A DNA stretch of 64,000 nucleotides from the human T2T-CHM13v2.0 reference genome, Homo sapiens, in NCBI RefSeq assembly GCF_009914755.1, contig NC_060935.1; one strand, 5' to 3'. Positions within the stretch are counted from its first letter, which is position 1, and the number at the start of each line of letters is the position of its first letter. Made by a program: the position numbers and the translations under genes. Of this stretch, positions 53,074 through 64,000 are shown in pieces. Below the pieces are notes generated by a model that saw only the letters and a program-made list of their open reading frames with translations, did not search any database and was not told the DNA's origin.

Positions 53074-53281
53074 AGGATGGGAGTGGGAGTGGCTCAGGGC
53101 AGGCTCTCCCCATTGCTGGAGGCTCTTCCCATTGCTAGAGGATTGAGCCCAAGTACAAATCCCATAGAGCATCTTTCACGTGTGCAAAGGTCACCTGAGT
53201 GTTCATGAAAATCTGAGCAAATCTCGACTGTACTCATGGAAGTCCTAAGCAGACCTCCCCACACCTGATATGTTGCTATAG

Positions 53282-53395
53282 GTGCTGAACGAGGATGGGT
53301 ACTCCTCCACCATCAAGGACAAGATCCTGACCATTGATGTGAAGCCCGGTTGGAGGCAGGGCACACGCATCACCTTTGAGAAGGAAGGGGACCAG
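53282..53395 (+). CDS. DNAJB13: DNAJB13 exon 5
   Basis: tatAG and GTGAG; [38 protein letters not shown]. Confidence 0.95.
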
Positions 53396-53600
53396 GTGAG
53401 GGGGGAAGAAGCTGACTCAGGTCAGTCACTGAGCTCAGGCGGTGGGAAGACTGAGGAGGAAAGGAAGGGAAAGGAGGCAATACTTTTTCCTGCCCCTGTG
53501 AGCCTTGGTCTGTAGAGAGCCCAGTCTGCAGAGTGGGTGAGATGGGATCCCTAATGTTCCTTCCAAGGAACAGAGCCTTAGCCTTACAGTGCTTCTGTGA

Positions 53601-54216
<616 letters not shown>

Positions 54217-55489
54217 TGAACTCCTGACCTCAGGTGATCCACCTGTCTCGGCCTCCCAAAGTGCTGGGATTACAGGCGTGAGCCACTGCGCCCAGCCACC
54301 CAGCTAATTTTTGTATTTTTATAGAGATAGGGTTTCTCCGTGTTGGCCAGACTGGCCTCGAAATCCTGACCTCAGGTGATACGCCTGCCTCGGCCTCCCA
54401 AAGTGCCTGGGATTAAAGGTGTGAGCCACCGTGCCTGGCCTATTAATAATAATTTTAAATTAAATACTATTTAAATAAAAACATAAATTTATTGTCCAAG
54501 GCGTGCTGAATCCTTAAGTCCTGAGAAGAGGCATTCAGAGCCAGGGAAGACACATTCCTTTGCCTGCACTTTTTGCCCCCTTTCTCACCTATGAAACATC
54601 TACCTCCGGTCTGGCCTGGTGGCTCACACTTATAGCCTCAGCACTTTGGGAGGCCAAGGCAGGAGAATCACTTGAGCTCAGAAGTTTGAGACCAGTCTGG
54701 GCAACATAGCGAGACCTTGTCTCTACTAAAAATAAAAAATTTAGCTGGGCATGGTAGTGTGTGCCTGTGGTCCCAGATACTCAGGAGACTGAGGCAGGAG
54801 GATCTTTTGAGCCGAGGAGGTCAAGGCTGCAGTGAAGTATGATCATGCCACTGCACTTCAGCCTGGGCAACAGAGCGAGATCCTGTCTAAAAACAAAACA
54901 AACAGACAAAATACAAATAAAACATCTACTTCGAATAAACACGCTTCAAAACCCAGCTCCAGTGTTCCCCGCTCTGGGCAGCCTCCTCTGAGCCCCAGCC
55001 TCTGGGCCTCCCTTTATCATGTCTTGAGCGTGCTGAGGATTCACTGTCAGTGTTAGGGGCCAGTCTGATTCCTCTGTCCCCAGCGCCCAGAAGAGACCTC
55101 AGCAGAGTTTTGGTGACTTAATGAAGTTTGGGACAGGGGTGTCATGCCTGGAGTTACTAGCAAGACAGAGACATACGGGCAGTTGCCTGACGCCCAGCTT
55201 AGTGTTCCACCTGCCTGCCGTCTGAGGAAGCCTCTCCGCCCCTCCAGCTGAGTGTGTCTATTTTGGGCATGCTCAGTACAGAAGTAATTCTGGGGGGATT
55301 CATTTGGGTAAGCTTCTCGGGCTTCTAATCCATCTGGGCTATGGGGGCCAAACTGAAAAGGCCCTTCCAGAAAACCTGCTCTCATCTCCCCATTGTACAG
55401 ATGAAGACATGGAGACAAGTAGAGGCAGGAACTTGGCCAAGGTCACACGGCCAACTAGTCCTTGTCACCTTTTGGCGTCCCCTGCCCAG

Positions 55490-55603
55490 GGCCCCAACAT
55501 CATCCCAGCAGACATCATTTTCATCGTAAAGGAGAAGCTACACCCTCGCTTCCGCAGGGAGAATGACAACCTCTTCTTCGTGAACCCCATCCCTCTTGGC
55601 AAG
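55490..55603 (+). CDS. DNAJB13: DNAJB13 exon 6
   Basis: cccAG and GTGAGT; [38 protein letters not shown]. Confidence 0.95.
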
Positions 55604-56390
55604 GTGAGTGGGCAAAGTGCAGGAGCAGCGGGGAGGAGATCAGAGTGAGCCCTGCCTGCCCCGGCCTAGACTTGGCCTCCCCTCCCACAACCACCTGCCA
55701 TCAGTCACTAAGCCCTGTGGATTCCACCCTCTAAATCACCATCCACTTGGTCCCGTCTGCTCATCTGCACCGCCTGGATCTGTACACCAGATCTGCGCAG
55801 CAGGCCTTCCTCCCCACTTCTCATCTCCTCCAGGCTCTTCTCCTTAGGGATCCTGCCACACACTCATCAGACCCTGCCACACTCCTGTCTAAACATCTTT
55901 GTGCCACTGGAGGCCCTCTGCGATCTGCTCCCTGCTTACTCCTTCCCCTGCACTCCCGCCCCTTCGCCGCATAGCACCCTGCCTGTGTGGCGCATTGTCA
56001 CACCTCCGTTCTCATTTCTGCTGGGCCCTCTCCCTGGAATGCTGTCTATTCACCTGACCCTATAGGGTCCTCATCAATAGCTACCACCACTGCTACCACT
56101 TCCTGCCCCACTCCTGAATGGTTTAGGGGCCTCTCCTTGGCTCCCACAAACGCTTTTATTCTGTCTCCATCATTACATTTATACAACATCCATCTTACCT
56201 GCCAGATCCATCCATCTTTCCTGCCAGTGCAGAAAATTGCATGGGTCATTCACCTATTAGTTATTGAACAGCCTCGTCTCCCTTGTGCCCAACTCACAGT
56301 CTGGCACTGGACAGGTTCCTAAGGTGCCTTCTAAATAGGAGAGCCATGGTGACCCTCCTCAGCCCCACCTTTGGCCCTGACCCTCCCTAG

Positions 56391-56467
56391 GCTCTCACCT
56401 GCTGCACTGTGGAGGTGAGGACCCTAGATGACCGTCTGCTCAACATCCCCATCAATGACATCATCCA
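56391..56467 (+). CDS. DNAJB13: DNAJB13 exon 7
   Basis: cctAG and GTGAGT; ALTCCTVEVRTLDDRLLNIPINDII. Confidence 0.95.
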
Positions 56468-57105
56468 GTGAGTCCATCTGCCTTGGGCCCCAGTAGCCAA
56501 GAGAAGGGCTAGCCTGGGATTTAGGTGGTAGTGTGACAGGTCTGCCCAGTAGAGTTGTACAGGCTGCCCCCAGCAGAAGGGTTCCCTGCTGAGGGGATAG
56601 AGAGGACCAAAACTGAACCCACACTGGCCAAGCTGTGGGCTGCAATCACCTGGCAAAAGGAACATCTTTTTCTAATCCACACAAAGCCACTGCAGAGGCT
56701 AGAGGCCCCCATTGTTGGGCAACCCTGTAGCCTCCATGCCCTGCAAACTTCTCATTAGAGTTCTGAGTTGCATATCCTAAGTCCTTTTCCAAGAAAGGCC
56801 CTCTGCCCGTGAGGAGGTTTGCCTGGCAGCCCAGCACCCTCGCCCTCACCCCAGGGTTTGCTCACCTTTACTTCCCGTTTCCCATGTCTTAAACAAAGTT
56901 TCTGGAATCCTCCATCAGAGACTCAGTGTAAACAGGTTTTCAGGGAGCTCCTTTCCCAACCAGTTCTGGCTAAGAACCACTCCAGGTGAAGACTGCAGTG
57001 ACTGTCCCCTTCCTGGGGTTATGTGAGTAGGGGTTATATGACAGGGACCTGCTGAGGTGCTGCTCTGGGATGCCCTCTATGCTCCTTTCTTTCATCCTAT
57101 TTCAG

Positions 57106-57259
57106 CCCCAAATACTTCAAGAAGGTGCCAGGGGAGGGGATGCCATTGCCGGAGGACCCCACTAAGAAAGGGGATCTCTTCATCTTCTTCGACATCCAGT
57201 TCCCCACCCGCCTCACACCCCAGAAGAAGCAGATGCTGCGCCAGGCATTGCTGACATGA
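57106..57259 (+). CDS. DNAJB13: DNAJB13 exon 8 (terminal)
   Basis: ttcAG; [13 protein letters not shown]...QMLRQALLT then TGA; the 8 exons sum to 951 nt = 316 aa plus stop. Confidence 0.95.
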
Positions 57260-57400
57260 CTGTGGTGGGCTGGAGCAGGGGTGAGAGGAGGCTAGCCGGG
57301 CCTCACCCCACCCCTACCCGCCACAGCCTCAGGGTGTGCAGGGGAGCCTGCTGCACAGATATGATACAAGGGTGGGATGGCGCAGGGCTTAAACTGACAT

Positions 57401-57406
57401 AATAAA
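57401..57406 (+). terminator. DNAJB13: DNAJB13 polyadenylation signal AATAAA
   Basis: Canonical hexamer about 140 nt after the stop. Confidence 0.8.
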
Positions 57407-57760
57407 GATCTATTTCCTGTCCTCCAGCTACACCCACGAGAGTACATTGGAGAGGAGCTTCATATTAGCCCTTCTTGTGGGGCACAGGGAAGAAAGAGGC
57501 CTAAGGAGCTGAGTGCCTGAGTCCCTGTCCTGGCTTTGTGGGAAAGGGCAGGTAAGGGTTCAGATCCTCTGTGCTTCCACTTTGATAGAGTGGGGCAGGG
57601 CTGTGTGGCCTCTGAGGGTCTCTAGCTCTGCTCTGGCTTTTCATGACAGAAGAGACAATCTCTGGAGCATGATATGGTCACGTTAGAGACAGGAAAACTA
57701 AAGCACAAAAGAAAACATTCATTGCAGGTCACTCAGGCCTCAGTGGCAAAGCTGTCATCA

Positions 57761-57895
<135 letters not shown>

Positions 57896-58051
57896 TTAGC
57901 CAGGTGTGATGGTGGGCACCTGTAATCCCAGCTACTCCAAAGGTTGAGGCAGGAGAATTGCTTGAACCTGGGAGGCAGAGTTACAGTGAGCTGAGATTGC
58001 ACCACTGCACTCCAGCCTGGGCGAAAGTGAAATTCCATCTCAAAAAAACTA

Positions 58052-58375
<324 letters not shown>

Positions 58376-59076
58376 TCACTTCCCACAGACTCGCCCTGCG
58401 TAGAGAAGCAGCATAAAGAACACATGTGCACTGGAAACAGCTTTGGTTCTACCTCTCTGGCCTCAATCCCCTGGTCTGTGATAGGGTCCTGGGCAGGGTG
58501 ATCTGGGAGGCAGGAAACCTGAGTTCTGACCCCAGCCCTGCCACTTTCTCCTGGGACCAGTCACCACACCTGTCTTGTCAGTAAAGCAGAGCCCATAACC
58601 CCCCTCACGGGCATGTTGTGAGGACAGAGAACATTGATGTGAAAGTGCTTGGTGAACTCACTGCTTAGATTCAGGAAGGGGTAACAGCACTGCTGCCCTC
58701 AAGGCCTGGAGTTCCAGCATCCAGGTCCAACTGGGCCTGCGTAGACCACACTTGCCTCCTCATAGTCAACACGTGTGTTATGCTCCCCTTCCATGCCAGG
58801 GAGGTTCCCTTCTAGAGTCTGAGCTTGGGTGAGGATAGATCCAGGCTTACGGGGAGTAGGTAGCCAATTCCATGGAATGCCTTCAGAGGTGCCAGAAAAG
58901 GCCCCATGTTCTCCAGATTGCTTGGGACTCCACCATTCAAATCACATCAGCTTAAGGTTTTTTTTTTAAAACGGGGGTTCAGTAGCACTTTTGTCATTAA
59001 AAAAATCACCATGGGCTGGGCGCGGTGGCTCATGCCTGTAATCCCAGCACTTTGGGAGGCCGAGGCGGGTGGATCA

Positions 59077-59411
<335 letters not shown>

Positions 59412-60833
59412 TCAGACACACCTGTTCTGGATCCCCAGTGTGCTACTAGCCAGCTGTGTGCCTTTGGGCAAATCACTTCACCTCTCTGAACCCGTTTCTT
59501 AAAGCTTACAGCCCCTACCTTGCAGGCCTTTCATGGAAACCAGATGGTGAGGCATGAAATGCTCTGGGGCAGGACTCAGGTGGAGTGGGATGGTGAGAGC
59601 TGCCCTGTTCTGAGGGCAAGCCCTGAATTGGAGTGCAGAGGCAGGGCTGTGAAATTCTTCAACTCTAGGTCTCCTGTAGGGCAGCAGGAAAGCCTACTCC
59701 TTATCTTGAAGGAAGCCTGGGTCTTGGGCCTGAAAGTCCCTTAGGAGATTCCTATTACCTTAGTGATCTTCAGTGTTACCTTGAATTAGGCAAAGCAGGG
59801 CTTATCATCTGCCCACTTAATAGGCATTAAAGGGTTGGGAACCAAAGAGAAGTGATCTACCTGTGATCAGAATGAATGAGACCCACTGGTATGTTTTCCA
59901 GTGGTTCCTACCACTGTTCCCAGCTCATTGTCCTAAGGCCACACCCAGAACCACAGTGAAGTTGGGTAGCCTCGTGTCTATTAAGGCTGCTGAATGAACC
60001 AGCTGACTTGCTCATGCCCACCCAGCCTGTTTAGCTTTGACACACACCTACCAAACTGCCCCTACTTCTTCCCGTCCAGAGCAGAGCTAACAAACAGCCT
60101 GCCTCACAGAATTAGTGTAAGAAGGTACATAAAGTAGTGGCCAGGTCCTCTGTATATGCCACCCCCTGCAGCCTGGCTGAGCTGCCTGTCACCTTTACCC
60201 TGGTTTGCCGACTTATGGCACTCAACCCTGTCCCTCCCGAGGACTATGGGGCCTCAGCTCAATTTGTCAAAAACTAAGAAGCTGAAGAATCCTGGGCCCT
60301 CGTTCCTTCTCCAAAAACCAATCTAACACCCTGGCCCTCAACCCAAGCACTGAAGGGTCTAGCCTCCAGCTCTGACCATTGGGCTTACGAGGCGGCGAAG
60401 CAGCAGTGGCTTCAGCGGCTTGAGGCTGAGGGAAGAGGGAGGGTGGTCGTGTTCTCAGGGCCTAGCTCCACAGCTGCCAAACAGGCTTCCCCAAGGACCC
60501 CAGCACTGGTCTCTGGGGGAGTCCACAAGGGGAAGGAGGACTGGGTCCCGGTCCCAGTTCAGTAGTGGACTTTCTGGGTGTTCTTGCCTGCATCACCTGT
60601 GTCAGGCCTCAGTTTCTTCAGACACCTACAAACTGGGTCTGAGTGACATAATTCTAAGGGCCCAGCCCTACAGGAGATGCCTTGGGATTCCAGGACCTCA
60701 CAGTCTCCACTCCTTGAAATTGTAGTACCCCTGCCCACCTGCCTCTGAGTGCAGGTGATAAGAACAGGGACAGAGAAGCGGAGACCCCTGTGCAGCCAAG
60801 GCCCTGGCTTCTTGCGGCCTCCTTGGATGCCTA

Positions 60834-61172
<339 letters not shown>

Positions 61173-61831
61173 TCAAAACAACAAAAAACACAAATGGAAA
61201 GTATCCTCAGGCAGAGACCAGATGTTTGCCCTGCAGCCTCCACCCACCCTCTGTGGAGTCAGGGCCTGCTCCACCCAGTTCAGTAACATTTCCTCTGTGG
61301 GTGTGGCTGTGGCTGTGGAGGGTGGAAGGAGGCTGACTGACTTGTTCTCACAAGGTCTGGGACTTTGGGGGAGGTGGGTCTTCCTTCCATTTGTAAAATG
61401 GAATAAAATAAAGTCAACAGCATCTAAGAGTCTCATGTTCCTCTGGAACTGCAGGAGATGCAGGGCACACAGGAGCACTCTTGTTGTGCAGATAAACAGG
61501 CCTGCGGCTGGGGTGGGGGGTTGGGATGGCAGGCACTAGAGTACCAGATTCTGAGTAAGAGCTCAAGTGGCCCGGCAAAGGAAGGGGAGGCACTGCTGTC
61601 TCTCAGGTGGCTCCTGCACTCCCCATGTTAGTACAGGGCCTGGGTCTAGAGAGAAATGGACCAGATGACCTACACGGGCTTCAGATTGGATGCTGGAGGT
61701 GGAAGGTGGATCACACCCATTTTCAAAGTCAGGTGGTTCCTCCCCTGCCCACCAGGTACCAAAAAGGCCATTGGACCAAGACCTCTGGTAAGAGCTACAA
61801 GAGAGGGAGGAGACGCCAAGGTTGAGCTTGC

Positions 61832-61837
61832 TTTATG
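61832..61837 (-). terminator. UCP2: Probable non-canonical UCP2 poly(A) signal CATAAA
   Basis: CATAAA on - about 315 nt past the stop; no minus-strand AATAAA seen nearby. Confidence 0.55.
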
Positions 61838-62151
61838 GATGACAAGTGGGCTAGGCTGGGCTGTCGGGGGCAGGACGAAGATTCTGGCTGAACTTTCCAA
61901 GGGACGGGACGCTTGGGATCCTGGCTGGTACGAGGCCTCCCACACTGTCAAATGTCAACTCCACCAGCACTGAGACAATGAGTAGATGAGAATGTAGAAA
62001 GAGGGAAGGTGGTAGGTAAAGGAGCGGAAGGAAGAGGTGGGGAAAGAGGGAAGGAGAGAAGGGAAGGAGGGAAGAGAAAGAAGGAAGAAAAGGAAAGCAT
62101 GGCCCGGCTAGAGACAAAGCCAGAGGTGATCAGGTCAGCAGCAGGAGAGGC

Positions 62152-62266
62152 TCAGAAGGGAGCCTCTCGGGAAGTGCAGGCAGCCATGAGGGCTCGTTTC
62201 AGCTGCTCATAGGTGACGAACATCACCACGTTCCAGGAACCCAAGCGGAGAAAGGAGGGCATGAAC
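62152..62266 (-). CDS. UCP2: UCP2 terminal coding exon
   Basis: ctAG acceptor; [37 protein letters not shown] then TGA. Confidence 0.96.
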
Positions 62267-62635
62267 CTAGAGGAGAAAAATCACAGGTCATGGGGGCACC
62301 TCCACCTCCCACTTCCCTCACTGGGCCTGGTATTCAATCCAACCCAGTTGCTCTGTCCCAAAGGAGGCTGGGAGGACTCAATGAACTGAGCTCACAGCTG
62401 CTTGGCTATAAGCATGAATTCCCTTTGAGTCTCCATTTAACACCTAATAAACAGTGATGGTAGCAATTCTGGGAGGAAGGAATTAAGGGGATAGGTGAAT
62501 GCTGGTGAAATGCCAGGACCAGGATCAGAAATAGTCACACTTGGCTGCTACTCACTTCCAGGTGGTTCTCTCCCACCCACAATAGACATGCATAGCCAAG
62601 AGGCCTGAACTGGGTGGGGAGGACCAGAGGCTCAC

Positions 62636-62816
62636 CCTTTGTAGAAGGCTCGGGGCCCCTCCTTCTGGAGCATGGTAAGGGCACAGTGGCCAGCGCTACT
62701 GTACTGGCCCAGGGCAGAGTTCATGTATCTCGTCTTGACCACGTCTACAGGGGAGGCGATGACAGTGGTGCAGAAGCCTGCCCCAAAGGCAGAAGTGAAG
62801 TGGCAAGGGAGGTCAT
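62636..62816 (-). CDS. UCP2: UCP2 coding exon
   Basis: [33 protein letters not shown]...PRAFYKG; mitochondrial-carrier motif PVDVVKTR; AG/GT boundaries. Confidence 0.96.
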
Positions 62817-63785
62817 CTGCCAAGGAGGAGCAGGCAAGGCAGTCAAGATCTTCACCCATCATTCCAGAAGGCAGGAGAATTACTTAAGTAGCTACGAGTT
62901 TTCATGATTTTAAAGAGACAGAGAGGCTGGGCACAATGTCTCATGCCTGTAATCCAGGACTTCTTTTGGAGGCCGAGGTGGGTGGATCACTTGAGCCCAG
63001 GAGTTCAAGACCAGACTGGGTAACATGGCAAAAACCCTGTCTCTACAAAATACAAAAATTAGCCAGGCACAGTGTGCATGCCTGTAGTCAGCCCCAGCTA
63101 CTCAGGAGGCTGAGGTGGGAGGATTGCTTGAGTCAGGGAGGTCGAGGCTGCAATGAGCCATTAATCACCCCACTGCACTCCAGCCTGGGCAACCGAGCAA
63201 GACCCTGTCTCAAAAAACAAACAAGAGGATGGGGCGCAGAGGCTCACACCTGTAATCCCAGCACATTGGGAGGCCAAGGTGGGCAGATCACTTGAGGCCA
63301 GGAGTTCGAGACCAGCCTGGCTAACATGGTGAAACTCCATCTCTACTAAAAATACAAAAATTAGCCAGTGTGCTGGTGCACACCTGTCATCCCAGCTACT
63401 CGGGAGGCTGAGGCACAAGAATCGCTTGAACCCAGGAGGAGAAGGTTGCAGTGAGCTGAGATTACACGGGTAACAGAGTGAGACTCTATCTCAAAAAAAA
63501 CAAAAAACAAACAAACAAAAAAACAAAAACAGACAGGGACTCCAGCTGAGACATCTTCTGAGGACCTGAAAGAGTCATTTTGCCAATCTAGCCTCAGTTC
63601 CTCAATGTGCAAAGTGGGAGCTTCATCCCAATTGGCTTCAATATGGCAAGTAAGAGATATCTTACTCTCCCTGCAAAGGGCAAATAGGATGAAAAGATGT
63701 GGTCTTCTGGTGTCAGCTAGACCCCCGCACCTGCTCCTGGCATGGGGGAAGGGTGAGACCCAGCACCGTCTACCTCATGACTCAC

Positions 63786-63887
63786 CTGTCATGAGGTTGG
63801 CTTTCAGGAGGGCATCCTTGATGAGGTCATAGGTCACCAGCTCAGCACAGTTGACAATGGCATTACGAGCAACATTGGGAGAGGTCC
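63786..63887 (-). CDS. UCP2: UCP2 coding exon
   Basis: [33 protein letters not shown]; AG/GT boundaries. Confidence 0.95.
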
Positions 63888-63967
63888 CTGTAGGAGGAGG
63901 AAGATCCTGGGTGAGACCAGAGTATCGGGGAGGAGGAAAAGGGGAAGGGAAAACAACTGGTACACAC

Positions 63968-64000
63968 CTTTCCAGAGGCCCCGGAACCCTTCCTCTCGGG
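63968..64000 (-). CDS. UCP2: UCP2 coding exon (partial, runs off the window)
   Basis: [10 protein letters not shown] then donor GTGTGT; 80-nt intron to the next exon. Confidence 0.9.

Overview
Human-type genomic DNA, recognisable as the PAAF1-DNAJB13-UCP2 neighbourhood (11q13.4 from recall). It holds the last five coding exons of PAAF1 (+, one GC-AG intron), the complete 8-exon DNAJB13 CDS (+, 951 nt, 316 aa) and the 3' end of UCP2 (-, convergent). Between PAAF1 and DNAJB13 lie a full-length SVA with two serial 3' transductions and a near-complete, defective HERV-K14/HML-1-like provirus. PAAF1 hosts an ARPC3 processed pseudogene, and DNAJB13 intron 1 holds a solo LTR2B-like LTR nested in an Alu chain. 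The most unusual signals are a partial duplicate of DNAJB13 exon 2 with a 60-nt identical tract, the doubly transducing SVA, a 27-nt templated insertion copied between Alu fragments 2.5 kb apart, and a tiny polyadenylated insert of unknown origin. I found no new multi-gene system. Most ORFs in the supplied track are Alu/SVA artefacts. Family names are from recall, not a database search.
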